Made by a program: the position numbers and the translations under genes. 64,000 nucleotides of DNA from contig CAIIXF020000001.1 in assembly GCA_903813345.2 (NCBI GenBank), forward strand, positions 11,532,001 through 11,596,000, read 5' to 3'. Of this stretch, positions 26,500 to 39,657 are shown piece by piece; position 1 is the first letter of the stretch, and each line of letters opens with the position of its first letter. The stretch is from Owenia fusiformis. Lineage: Eukaryota. The notes beneath the pieces are model-generated. The model had not been told where the DNA came from. It did not search any database and was given only the letters and a program-made list of their open reading frames with translations.

Positions 26500-26800
26500 A
26501 AGCCTAGAATAGTTGATGACTATACACGGCAATTCTTAGTCTTACATTTTTGTATGTAAATCATTTTGAGTGATTAAAAACCAGCGACCATACATTACTA
26601 GCGATTATATTTAATTGTTAAAGACTATATGTCATTGTTGGCGACTATATGCCATTGTTAGCGAGGTTGTTAAACCATTTAGCGAGTATATTCCATTTTT
26701 AAGGACTATTTACCATTGTTTGCAACTAGGTTATATACTATTGCTGGCGACTATATACAACTCTTAATCATTGACTGTATACCATGTTTAATGACTATCT
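26500..26800. repeat. Degenerate ~20-bp minisatellite
   Basis: Repeated GCGACTATATRCCATTGTTA-like units. Confidence 0.6.
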
Positions 26801-26993
26801 ATAGCTACAATACTACTTTTCAAGATATAGTTGTCATTTGATATTGGTTTCATTAATATAGCATGACTGAGGTTTGTGTTACTTCGTATCTCAAATGGTT
26901 AATCCTTTGTGAGTGCTTGTTCTAATAATTATTGGTCGTACAAAAGCATTCATTTATAGAAAACGTTATTTATTGAGATACTTTTATTTCCAG

Positions 26994-27251
26994 GCATATC
27001 GGTTATTCAGCTTCAAGGAAGACGTAGACGTTCCTGAACGTGTATACCAAAATGGCGTTAACCACAATCATATAAATCATGTTAGTGTCCCCCAATCACC
27101 AACCAGGCACAACAACATTCCATCCGCTCCGGATTGTCAATATCCACAAGAAGAGCATGGAGATAATGAACACCTAGATCAAGATCATGCCAGGACCGAT
27201 CTCGTTAGTGCTGAAACAAAGTTTAATAGTCAAGCGTTTCATAATGTTTAG
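26994..27251 (+). CDS. PLPP: PLPP-like paralogue A, exon 6 (cytoplasmic tail, stop)
   Basis: TTTCCAG acceptor in phase 0, open to TAG at 27251. His/Asn/Pro-rich tail. Candidate AATAAA at 27880. Confidence 0.8.
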   Translation, partial: AYRLFSFKEDVDVPERVYQNGVNHNHINHVSVPQSPTRHNNIPSAPDCQYPQEEHGDNEHLDQDHARTDLVSAETKFNSQAFHNV

Positions 27252-28808
27252 CTTTAAGTCGGTTGCAATAGATGGCGGGATTATCATAAATCCCAAGAGT
27301 GCAATTTTAATTTATATCTTCATTCCTTAATGTCACAAAATAATGTACAGGGTAGCCCAAAACTACAGCCATTTTATTAAGGGGGCAACTCTCAAATATT
27401 GTGGAATCTTCGTTTTATGTATATTGAGCACTCAATTGCAATTAGCGAATCAGATGTGTATTTGTATAGCAACAGCGAAATTATGTTGCAGAAGCCTCAA
27501 GTACATCATGGTTCCATCAGGGAAAATCCCGAATCTCTGATAGTTATTCTGATATTCATCAGAGTATCTTTCTGTTTCACCTGAAACATGTAACCCCAAT
27601 TAGATGAAATATGAGCTGGGATGAAAGATCTCAAAAATCCTCAATTTTGGCTTCTCTTGCATCACCAAATCTAGCTCATTATATCAGAGACATATATATG
27701 TCTCTGATTATATCATGGCATCTTAGGGCTGAGAAGAAATGTGATGTCATGGTTTATCACGATGCTGATAGTATCCACTCTATATTATTAGGCATACTAG
27801 ATATAGTATTAGTATAGATGGGTAGAATACTTGTCACAGTCCGACTCATTCAAAGATGCACCCCAAGCTAGTGCTGAGTAATAAAAACACCGACTAAAAA
27901 GACATAGATCGCGAGTATCTCGTCCATCAGAAAGAGCTGGATCTTGCAAAAAACTATATCCATACTATTAGGATTCCACACTAGGTACTTAAAAGATCTA
28001 AACACATGGAACAATTCAAGTCAAATGAACCCAGCTAACACTGATTATACTTGGATTTCAGAAAGATGACACACTGGCTTCTTTAATTTCCAGTGTTAAC
28101 CATTTGTCAGTTGCCAAAATACTGCAACTTAAGTTATTCTCTTACTATGTATTGTGTCTGTGAGTTTGTGTATGTAATGTATGATATATCAGTAATTAAA
28201 AATTAAGATATTCTTGAAATAGCTGGTTGAGAAATCCCAGATCATGATGGAATGTCTTAGTTTAATTGATATGTGAGTAATAATTGTATGATGTGCAGTT
28301 ACCTGTATTCATGTAATGATATTGATCTTCATAGTGCAACCTAATGCAAGTCTGTACAATATAAACATTAGTCCAAGCTAATGTGAGATACACGTAATAT
28401 ACACATAAGGAAAACAAACAATGACACAAATTACCTGTAAAATTCATCCAAACATTGACTTTAATTAAGGATCTAAACCCTGGACTCAGTGTAATGTGGA
28501 ATGACCATTCCACAAAGGCGTTGCTTTCCAAAATTTGCACGAGATGCCAAAGAGTTGTCAAAGAAACAACTCGGCCACTCTACAGATTGAAATTGATGCT
28601 ATGCCAACTTGATCCATGCAAAGTTTCATTCAAACCATGTTCTTTTAGTGCGATTTCGTATCTTTAAGTTGATTTCGTCGAAAATATTTTGCAATGTGTG
28701 AAAATAATTTAATATAATTGTGCAACCATGCGCATCACTGTGAAGGAAGAGTAAAATAGATCATAACTAAGGACAGGAAGGAAGGAGGAATACAGCGCTT
28801 AACCAGAA

Positions 28809-29281
28809 ACGTCTTTATAACAAAATGAATGAACCTCCTTCTGAGGAAATTATTTTCCATCATTTTTCCCAAGAAGGAGGTAGATTAGTATCCGAATATC
28901 TTACCCATGTTAATAGTAACATACGGGTTACTGAAAAACTAGTCAGTAAGAGAAAATATAATTCCAATGCAGCTCCAATAATCGAAAGAGAATTCCCCGA
29001 CTTCAGCAACCAGGAGGTTATTTGGTGAACTTCATAACGTCTCTGTTGCGTTGTGTAACGTCCTGGTTACTAAAGCTAGGGGTCTCTCTCTCGATTATTG
29101 GAGGCCTTGGATGTATAATATACTCGTGACAGATTCGCTTTTTAGTAACCGGATATTACTATCAACATACGGGTAGAATATTTGGATACAAATCAACCTC
29201 CTTCTTGGTGAAAATGATGAAAATAAAAATACCCTCAAAAGGAGGTTCATTTTGTTATAAAGAAGTATCGTCTTTATAACC
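28809..29281. mobile_element. Long palindromic non-autonomous element, copy 2
   Basis: ACGTCTTTATAACAAAATGAA ... TTCATTTTGTTATAAAGAAGT, followed by a direct repeat CGTCTTTATAAC. Confidence 0.75.
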
Positions 29282-30629
29282 AGGTGGGGGCCAGTGACAC
29301 TTCATACCTCTCAATACCACAAGAAGGGGGTCCAGAGACAACGTCAGCACAACAATGAATGGATGAGTTAGTCTTTCACTATAATCTGTGCTCTCAATGC
29401 CCAAATCACTTATTGTTATACAATGTATTATCTTATGGGGAGAGGGTTGTGGACAAATGGGCTTGGCAAAAGACGATGGTTATACAATGACAGAAAACGA
29501 TATCAGTCAAAGAACAATGCTCATGCCTTTACATTGTCTAATCACTTTTTAAATTATACTTTGCAGAATAAATATTTAAATGTGTACACTTTACATCCGG
29601 TATTGTTTGATACTTAAACAAAATGTTAAATTATATATACTTTGATCAAAAACTCTGTCAGTTAGCCCCTCCCCTGAAATAATAGAATTCGACGAAGTTC
29701 TCTTCTTTTTAGAGATGCGAAGTTATACTAGTAATCTATACAAATGGTACAAAATGCACAGTACAAATAAAACATGATATTTCCAAGTAAACTTTGTCCC
29801 TCGCGTCATAAAAGGTAAATTGATTGCAAAGTGGCACTTGATCTAAACCTTGGTCCACATTTAGAGAACATGGTTGATTGTACTGCCATCTTTTTGTAAA
29901 CATTATTTCTTGCAGTAGATGTCCTATACTTTCCAATATGTAAGACATGTAAGATTGATCTTGAGAGGTTCATCATACCCAAAGGCCAAAAATCACTTAA
30001 AAAGTGCTCAGAATAGTGAAAAACTGCATGGTTTTGAAGGAATTTATGGCCAGAGGAGGGGGGGGGGGGGGGCGAATTGCTCCCTTCCCTGGCCACGGGC
30101 CTGTTTATCTGATAATGAACCGGTCTCTGACCAGCAATAAAATTCTGTTTTGAATCACATCACCACGTATGGCATAAAGTAAACAAATGAGTAATTAATC
30201 ATCATTAATGAACCATATCAAAATCGTGCAATGAAGTTAGTGTTTCTGCTTTTTAAATGGTGCTTCTATTGAATAGATAAGTCAAATCATACTGTTATTC
30301 ATCGCATCATACATAGCATAATTTGATAGAGTCAAGTGTTAACTGGTGAACAATTTTTTGAACATGGATATTCTTTCGAGGTGACATCTATTTAACTACT
30401 ACACTATTTAACTTATATTTTACTCCACCATTAATGGTGAGAGTAGATAATACATCAAGTTGAAAGTATCAACGAACATGACAAATGAACCCAAACACTC
30501 AAAACAATACAACTTTTGCAATCTTCTAATTTTGAAATACTTTTTTCAATTTAGTGTTCGAAATGCAAGAGAGAACGTCCAAAATCATTAATAAGTTAAT
30601 GTTTATGACACACTATACAATATAACTAT

Positions 30630-30905
30630 ACTTCAAAATGGCCGCCAGAAACAAGATGGCCACCCAAAAGTTAATCAGCTCTAGAACTTGATATCCTCTA
30701 TCATGTGTGCGAATTTGGAGAAAATCCGAAGAGCGGATTTCCTGAAATGGCGATGACAAGATTTATCGAAAGCCTTCAAAATGGCCACCTGAAAACAACA
30801 TGGCCATCCAAAAGTTAATCAGCTCTAGAACTTAATATTTTCTATCATGTGTGCGAATTTGTAGAAAATCCGATGAGTGGTTTTCCTGAAATCGCGATGA
30901 CAAAA
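30630..30905 (+). repeat. Two tandem ~143-bp HINE-like core units
   Basis: CTTCAAAATGGCC...AAAAGTTAATCAGCTCTAGAACTT...TCTATCATGTGTGCGAATTT repeated twice. Confidence 0.75.
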
Positions 30906-31157
30906 AAGTGGGAAGATAACGATAACGCCGTCATCATGATGGATATATCCCATCGATGGTGTGATAAAAAAGAGTTGCATAAAATACATCATTCAAAGTT
31001 TTGCATGAGACTCCGACGCGGGAATGGGTGGGGGTTGACAAAAAAATGGACTGTCGCATCGAACTACCCAAGAAGCAACCTAGTGAATCTATCCCCCACA
31101 CTGCAGCTGGTAGCAACCATAGCCAATGTAGTCACATTTCAAATATGGTGCATTAGT

Positions 31158-31342
31158 CTTGCCCGTAGCCAGCTTTTACCAGGAGGGGGAGCTTTTTCCA
31201 AGGGGGGAGCTTTTTCACAATTTTGGCTAAAAATCATGCGAAAAATTCTCAGAAAGATGAAAAACTGCATGATTTTGAAAGAATTTCTGGCCAGGGGGGG
31301 GGAGCTTCTGCTCCCCCAGCTCCCCCTCTGGCTACGGGCCTG
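31158..31342. mobile_element. GC-rich-end MITE (possibly hAT-like); related partial copy ends at ~30103
   Basis: GCCCGTAGCCAG ... CTGGCTACGGGCCTG inverted ends with poly-G subterminal tracts. Confidence 0.65.
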
Positions 31343-31764
31343 TTAGTTCAATTCAAATATAATGGTCCATTCAATATATCGTATTTTATACTGACGGTCG
31401 AAAATAAACACAATATCCAAAAACGTCAGTTTTGTTTTTCAAGATGATTGGGGCTGATTGGTCCCATGTAGAGGAACTCACTGAGACTGAAGAGTTATTG
31501 GACTCCGTGGGACTTTATAGGGCATAGGTCCAATGCGAGATGACGTGATTCGATGGGATTCCATTTGGTACGTGAGACTTTGCCAATTGATATACAACTA
31601 TATCGTGTATGAGCACGGGGTTCACATCCATTTCAATACCTTATTACCTATAACCTCAGATGTATCAATGGAATATCATAATATGAGATTTCAAATCATC
31701 TACACTTATTCCATCTATCCGCAGTTTTAAACGTATCACTTATACATACTACAGAGAGTAACAG

Positions 31765-31773
31765 TATAAAAAG
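31765..31773 (+). promoter_or_regulatory. Candidate TATA box of PLPP paralogue B
   Basis: TATAAAAAG about 150 nt upstream of the ATG at 31918. Confidence 0.4.
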
Positions 31774-31917
31774 CAAATTAGTACAAGGCGATGCCATATG
31801 AATCTTCGTACTGTACTAGTCCGGACAGTTAAAGAGCAAGAACGGCACACGACTCAAAACATAACTAGGCTACCTAATAGCAAACGAGTCAGCTAATCTA
31901 CAGTCGGAAAATTCAAC

Positions 31918-31975
31918 ATGGGATGTGGACGAAGCACATGTGGATGGATGGTTGATATCTTGTTTGTTTTAATTG
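31918..31975 (+). CDS. PLPP: PLPP-like paralogue B, exon 1 (MGCGRSTCGWMVDILFVLI)
   Basis: CAACATGG Kozak context; 58 nt; G|GTAAGT donor; homologous to A exon 1. Confidence 0.85.
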
Positions 31976-32929
31976 GTAAGTTTTGTTTCAATTTTGTTGC
32001 AAAATTATTTATTACAACTCATTTTATTTAGTGTGTATGCAACTGAAATGTTACTTAAGTAATGAATGAAAAAACATCTCTATTTTGTATGAAGAATAAT
32101 ATCTACAATTATTTTTAGGTTATCAATTTAAATTTATTCTTCAATTTGTATTGTAATGACTTTGAACCGCATGCATGAATCGTGGGGGAGAGAGTATTAG
32201 ACATTGTTTGTTTTCACGTTAGATCATGGTTTGGGATAGTTGGGGTTTGTTTTCCTTATGGCTGGTGTACTCTTAGACGTTTTCTTGCTGTGTTACGTAA
32301 TCATTTTTAGTCCTTTCCCTTTGGCACTTGTGCATACATATCTACATGGGCGAAAATGTATAAATTTCCTATAAAATGTTAAAGTAACAGTTGCTCTAAA
32401 AAGGTTCAAGATAATTTATTTTTAATTTATGATTAAAGAGGCTCATGAGATTCTATATCACAAAAGCTTTGTAAAAATCGAATCAAATAAATGGTCATAT
32501 TTCATTTGGAAACAGCAACTAGTTCTTTAATTAGTACACTCACGCGAAATGTGCAAACTCGTTCTATTTAGTTTGAATGCAACTAAAACGTTGCCAAGAG
32601 GTATACCAAATAGTATAAACTATTAAGTAGTACATTAATAAGATCTGTTGATTCAAAAAATATCGCATCTATTCAACAAAGTTAATATAAAATTCCTTTA
32701 AATAAGATATTAAATGTTACAGTTACATTAAAAATGGTACAGATAGTTCATCGTTAATTCATATACACTTCACAAAAACTTGACCGAGAAACATTGAAAA
32801 AATTGACACATTAACAAAAAATGTTTTTCAGGTCATAATTCAGGTGTAAGCTCTAAAAATTAGCATATCCATACGAAACGTGCAATTCATAACTTAACTC
32901 CTCAATGGTCCCTTTTCTTATATGAAATT

Positions 32930-33470
32930 TTTATTGGTTCATTCAATGGCTTTAAATAAACTCAGTGGTGTTTTACAATGTTTGGTTCAATGAATTTATA
33001 AATTCGTTAACTTGGTGATGTTTTACAATGTTTGATTCAATGAACTCATATTTGGTGAACTTGGTGATGTTTTACAATGCTTGATTCAATGGACTTATAT
33101 TTGGTGAACTTGATGATGATTTACAATCGGTTCAATGGACTTATATTTGGTTAACTTTGTGGTGTTTTACAATGTTTGGTTCAATGAACCTATATTTGGT
33201 AACTGGGTGATAGTTTTATAATGTCTGGTTCAATAAATTTTTATTTGGTTAACTTGGTGATGTTTTACAATATTTGATTCAATGAACTTATATTTGGTCA
33301 ACATGGTGATGTTTTACAATGCTTGATTCAATGGACTTATATTTGGTGAATTTGATGATGTTTTACAATATTTGGTTCAATGAATTTATATTTACTTAAC
33401 TTGATGATGTTTTAAATGTTTTGTTCAATGGGCTTATATTTGGTTAACGTGTTTATGTTTTACAATGTTT
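32930..33470. repeat. 49-bp minisatellite, about 10-11 copies
   Basis: Unit TTGGTGATGTTTTACAATGTTTGATTCAATGAACTTATATTTGGTKAAC, e.g. at 33012 and 33061. Confidence 0.9.
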
Positions 33471-34123
33471 GTGCCTCGGTGTTTTCAAAAGCACTAAACA
33501 CCTCTTTATCAACGTGATTAATGGCAAATATAGTTAAATCCATTCATGAGGCAACTTATCATGTCATACAGAACTACTAGATCCTCGCATGCGAAATGCA
33601 ATACAACTTATTTCATGTACTATCACACTTTATTTTGATTAAATAAAGCTAGACCTTGAAACATAGGGTGTTAATGAATTCAAGTTGAATGAGTTTCTCA
33701 ATAACAATAATCTTGGTATTCAACTGCGATCAGGAAGCCACAGCCCCCCCCCCCCCCTTTGCAAACTAATGCAAACACTTTTCCTCTTATAATTTATATA
33801 ATTTAGGGTTCATTCATCCATGATAATTTTTTCGAAAATAAAACGTCAGAGAAGTATCAAAATATACAAGAGGCCACACATTAGTCAAACCACAAGCAAT
33901 CCAAGATTCATAAAAACCTTTTGCATGAGGCTGGAATATTAACGCATTTTCCATATAAATTGCCCTGTGGTCTTTTGATTCCTTATTTCTTAGATTTGAT
34001 AAGCTTTTGTGTTCACTGGATCGGGCTGTATATATTCGTGTTTACTTCATTTATCATGATACAAAAACCTTCTTGCCTAACTAAATATTTTGTCTGATTA
34101 TATTGCAATTATGTAATTTTCAG

Positions 34124-34275
34124 CATATGCAAGCCTGGCCTGCCTGGTTTTTTTCACAAAGCCACCAGAGAAAGGTTTCATGTGCTCAGATACTTCAATA
34201 CACTATCCATATATACATGAGACTGTGAGCATCATAACACTTCTAGCAACGACCATAGCTATACCTTCTTTATTG
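34124..34275 (+). CDS. PLPP: PLPP-like paralogue B, exon 2
   Basis: PPEKGFMCSDTSIHYPY; 152 nt as in A; CAG acceptor and GTAAGT donor. Not in the ORF track. Confidence 0.93.
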
Positions 34276-35456
34276 GTAAGTAAAATATTATATATGATCC
34301 CAATATCATAAACCTCGAGTCGTATAAGATAGAAGAATCTCTATTCAGACCAAACTTTTGAATTAATTCTTGAAAACATAAAATACTAGCTAGTAGATCA
34401 CAGAATCCAAATCTCTTTGATGAGATGTTATATTCATTCAAGGCACTAGAAATAGTAAACAAATCGTGAGAAATTCCTTGTTTCATGCCCCATCTTTCAA
34501 ACATCATTTGAAAGGATAATAACTCTTTTAATTGAGGACAAAAATGTTGACTTGATTTATAACGCGTGTTTTGTGAGAGATGCGTCAATATATAAACTTA
34601 ATATTCCGAAACTTTGTAGCTCTAAAGGGCTATGGAAGGAAGGTCTTTGCAAATATGATGTTTGCATTTGTAGCATGTGACATCAGACTCTTTAAAAATA
34701 GTGGATAATGAAATTTTGTTGTTTGCCAATGAACTAATATTGCTGACAAAATAATTGTTAAAAAAAGATCTTGTTTCAAGTTTTGCATATGCTGATAGGC
34801 CAGTTTAAAGATAGCATTTTTGGAAATGCGATTAACAAATTCTAATCCCTATATCCGAAATAAGGAGTGATAGTTTTGATCTTATCCAGACATCCGCATT
34901 TCAAAAATACCATTTGTATATCTTGTTCCTGGTATCATAGTTAAAAATATCATAATCATAATTGTCCCACGATAACTGTAAAGATTTGGGGCTTTTACTG
35001 TGTAAAACATTTTTGAACGTTTCAAATTTCCTTTAGATAGTACATGAGGAAACGGAAATGAAACAGGTTAGAGGGAGATAGATTGATAGGAAACATCAAT
35101 GTAGAATGGAAAAGCACATAGACATATTTATAACATTGTCTAATACTTAGGTAGAATTATATCAGATTTGATATGTGAAATCGAATGGGAGAAAAACTGC
35201 CAATACAAGCCTGAAGGCGCCACTTGGTCGTCATGTAGCACGTGAGATATTGTGCAGTTGGTGTCATTAATAAAGGAGCGTTCAAAATATTTTTCCTAAA
35301 GAAAGTTAGAATTGAATACCAGTTCGCAAAAACAGCCCCTCCCTTTCAAAAACCCTCGTAATACGGTCTAGGTGAAATGTCTTAGAATACGATGCTACCG
35401 CGGTATTAGTAGTAGTTCGTTTATAAACAATTCAATTCATGAACCTACCATGAATG

Positions 35457-35527
35457 TACCCCGCGCGCAGAGTCTACCGAAGACAAAGCTCTTTTTAAGA
35501 AGTGAAGTCGAACGAATGCAAAGGGTA
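35457..35527 (-). mobile_element. Ultra-short MITE, TACCCT...AGGGTA family
   Basis: Reverse complement of the 17351 body. Flanks CATGAATG / CATAAATG. Confidence 0.7.
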
Positions 35528-37694
35528 CATAAATGAGAACATACTGCGAACTTTATGAACGTCTGGAAATTATGTCATGTCAGAAATATTTTTGAAGGTA
35601 TTTTGTGGTACGGAAGAAAGACTGACTATATCATGTAATTCGGTCGAGTTAGGGCCTGTCAGCAGACATCTAACGAACAGACGCCAGAAAAGTTGTGAAT
35701 AGGCTCAAAGTTCTGGAGCATCTTCCTGTCCGAGCGCGTTCATGAAGTTCGTAAAGACACTAAATACATTAAATATTGTAATTTGTTCAGTCCATTAGCA
35801 TACAGTTTAAGCTTGTTCGGCAACAGTGTATTGAGAGCTAGTGTGACCATAACTTACTCTGCTAGTACGTTCATAAATTGTCTTCAATATGGTACGTCCA
35901 TCTCGTCTTCGTTGTAGGGCTTTGTAGTATCAAGTTCCCCCATGCGGACAACGTTTCCAAGCAGTTCATGCCCGTCCATGGCCAGTATGCGCCCATTATT
36001 AAAGGTCAAACCACCTCTACTTTGTTTGTACACGTCTGTTCAACTTTCAAGAACGTAGTGAGAACTATTTCGGTGAAACTGGAGGGATGGGAGAACATCG
36101 AAGTTTGATCACATCTTTCTGTTTCACAGAATATTGAGATGGCACGGTATCATGATGCCAGTTGGCGATCTTTAAAATATATTTATTTGCTTTTGAACCC
36201 CCTCCTCTCCCATGTCGGTACTTTTACAAACATAAATACGGACTGGGACAATATAATTCTGGTCGCGGTCGTTATAATGTTCTAGAAACTCAGCAACCCG
36301 AGAAATATCCCATATATTGTCCTTAATCCAACCGAAGGGTCCCCCAACATACGCAATGAAAAATATATTTCAACGTGTGAGGTTTGATGTGGCCATAATC
36401 CAAAACTCAACTGAAAATGGAAAGCTATCAATTCGATAAAAACAAAATTCTAAAAAAAGTTGCTTAACCGCCATTTTGAAAATACCGTTAGAGTTACTGT
36501 CGTAGCAACGTCATCCGGCTAATGACCGGTGAAATGATGGCATTTAGGTACAAGAGATGGGGAATTTACGTGCAAATCTTTACACTATACCTCACACTGA
36601 GAAAAACGTTACAAATAAAGAAACATAACAATAACAAGTGTCAATAAGACACTGGAATGCAGTATACACATGTTAAACACATTCTGAAAAGTTTACAAAA
36701 TAACAAATGTAGCAATTTCAGGCAAAAAATCTATGGAGGATGTATCTGTCACTGTGAGTTCCCAGGGTACTTTATCTGTGACAAAAATAACCGTCCCACT
36801 GAGGGAGTCAAAAGGTTAAGTGTTGTAATGTTCTAATTTGGTCTTCTTTGACATGTTTGGTGCAGTTTTCGGTGTACATTTTCTCAATGCTTTATGGTTG
36901 ATTAAGCGTAGTCAAAACAGCGTATGATAAGATGAAGAATGTCGACACAAGTGATACATAAAATAATCATTATTGTTTCGTCGCCAGATGTGATTATCTG
37001 CAGTACAGAGTAACTGAGTGGTAGAAGTTAAACTTAGAATTATATTGCAACTTGCAATCTATATTGGTTTTCCTGTGCGATATTGTATAAGGAAAGACAC
37101 GTGTGCCAGGCTAGCTCTCTGGTGTCAAAGAAAAGGTGGAAAGGCCGTGATGATTGCGATCAGACAAAGCCAATTATCGGTATCCATTTAAAATATGAAC
37201 AAAGTTTTTATTTGCGGTACTACTTTTCAAAGGGATAACTTTCAGTTGTATCATAACGCAATTGCATTGGATTCCACCATGTGGTACTTCACTTTCCTTT
37301 TCCACATTCGGAAGTGAATGAATTCTGCCACGGCCACTATACACAAGCATCATCTGAACAATTTCGGGTCATAGAGTGATAATATTAATATAGCTATTGA
37401 ATTGAGATCAAATTACATTTTGACCCGATATTTGTTTTGAGTTTTCATTGCCCAAGATGAAGTATAGGTTGAATATGGTTGAGCTAGTCTTCACTAAAAT
37501 ATTTTCACTTTCTTGGGGCGTCTTGACGGTTGCGTTGTTCACCATAGCAATATTGACCTATTTTAGGCATGAACATTATAGGCCTAGATCAGCCAGTGGC
37601 CTGCAACTTGCAAATAAAATATATAATAGAAGTATTTGTTGTAATAATCTGATTATATCTTTCAAATTTAATTGGTAACTTGTTTTATCTACAG

Positions 37695-37912
37695 ATTATC
37701 GTAACAGAGGTAAGCCTATGCGTGCGGTACAGGTACAAGAAGCGGCTCATGGGAACCGAACTTAGGAAGGGCCTATTGACATTTCTATGGGGATTCGCAG
37801 CAACAGCCTGCATCGTTTACATCATTAAAATGTCCCTCGGATCACTACGCCCGCATTTCATACAACTGTGTCAACCAAAGTACTTCACAAGCACTGGGAA
37901 CTGCACCGGAAC
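37695..37912 (+). CDS. PLPP: PLPP-like paralogue B, exon 3 (C1 motif)
   Basis: KMSLGSLRP; NCT sequon; 218 nt as in A. Confidence 0.95.
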
Positions 37913-38307
37913 GTAAGTTTAAAAACTTGTTTGTATGTGTAAGACGGGTAACAGTTGAGCAAACGGGGGTTGAAAAGAATAAAGCTACTTGTCCAAGGGT
38001 TTGAGTATACAGAAAGGGAAAGTGTCAGATATAAGGATAGATAGAATAATGTTATGAAGGTCTGTTAGTTACAATTAAATATTACGTTCATAAATAAGGG
38101 TAAATTTGTTCCAAACGATTTTAAATGTGGAAAAATGAGAAAAGTTTCGCTCAAATGAGTTATTTTTCTTACAAATTCTTTCACCCATCCACTAAATACT
38201 AAATGTAGAGTAGATTTATCAAAAATAGACCTCGACTTCATAATTTTACAGAGATTGACATTTAATTTTTTATTCAGAGGCTCCTTTTTCATTTTTGGAC
38301 GGACTAT

Positions 38308-38567
38308 ATTGGAGAGATTTCGCAACTCACTTACGTTTATTTTTCCGTATAACGTATAACTTATGAAGCGTTTGATAACGTAACATTTATTTCGCAGCTC
38401 TATACGTCCACAAGTGTGATATTCTTATAAATCGTCGTTTATACGTAAGAATATCACACTTATGGGCGTATAAAGCTTTGTAATAAATGATGACGTAATC
38501 GAACGCTTCATAAGTTATACAGGAATGAAAACATGCTATAAGTGAGTTGCGAAATCTGCTCTCTAAT
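38308..38567. mobile_element. Palindromic MITE
   Basis: AGATTTCGCAACTCACTTA..GTATAACTTATGAAGCGTT is inverted to AACGCTTCATAAGTTATAC..TAAGTGAGTTGCGAAATCT. Confidence 0.8.
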
Positions 38568-39480
38568 AGCGACCAGAAAATGCTCAAACTGAAACAACAT
38601 CAAAAACAACAATGACCTTATAAATAATCTAAAAATCGTGTCCATGAATATAAATATTACATTATGAACAATCTATATCCTGGCCTAATTTATCATGAAT
38701 ATTCCATTATGACATAAACAAAGATAATCGGAAATGCTCAAAGCCAGGATGTATAACAAGTGTAAGACTAGGGAGATTAGCATTCAGATTTTCAATGTCA
38801 GACAGATTCAAAGCTCTTACTGCCATAAAATATTTACATTCTAAATTGCGCAATTAACAGTGCATAAAAGTTCCCTGTGACCAGTAACAGATAAAAAACC
38901 TTATCACACCCCACGTGTTTGTTTCGCAACTCACCGAGCAGCACTAACAGTACCAACTGCCATTATGTACTGTGTCATTCAGTTCTTAAAAACAGATGTG
39001 CTTCAAACTCAACATTTGACAACTTTTAGAACAAATAAGGTTCATTCAAATCTGGTTCAGACGGCTGAGCGCAGGTTAATTGAAACTAGCTATGTCATAT
39101 GCGAAGTACAAGGCGGCTTGGACTTGTTTTCCAGTTGTTTCGATTTGAATTTTCTCATCTGACGAAATTAAAAAAGATGCTAGGTTTGACCAAATCAGGG
39201 CTAAACACTAATAGGGCATGATGATTAAGATGGAGAAATCCGGAACTACACTTACTGACCCATAGGTGTAACACAACCTAGACATTATAAAATAAACAGT
39301 CAGTAATCTAATGAGACTCCCGAAGAAAGTTCTCAGATACATACCAGACCAGATATGCAACAGACACCGGAGAATTAACTTTAGTTTATTCTGCCTAGTT
39401 TAGTTGTTAAACATTATAATTGAGCAATTGAACTAAATCATGACACTTTTACATTCCTGGAATATGAACCAAACTTGATA

Positions 39481-39657
39481 CAGTAACACCTGTAAAGGCA
39501 ACGCCTCTAAAATTAAAACACCTCCATAAGTGGAACACTTTGAAAATTATATTACAAATCACCTCAGTGTAAAATAAATGTTTGTAAGTGAAACAATGTT
39601 TGTTGTGGAACAATTTATAGAAGTATCAGAGGTGTTCCACTTATACAGGTTTTACTG
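39481..39657. mobile_element. pogo/Tigger-type MITE family (relatives at ~42591-42740, ~52596-52786, ~53819-53996, 57906-58019)
   Basis: TA|CAGTAAMACCTG ... CAGGTTTTACTG termini with internal GTGGAACAC / GTGTTCCAC motifs. Confidence 0.7.

Noticed and set aside
30849-31447. 165-aa ORF and neighbours
   Set aside because: They run through a tandem core repeat and a MITE, with no domain or splice support.
35218-35231. CTCF-like motifs (also near 5385 and 27268)
   Set aside because: Partial matches expected by chance; they cannot be supported from sequence alone.
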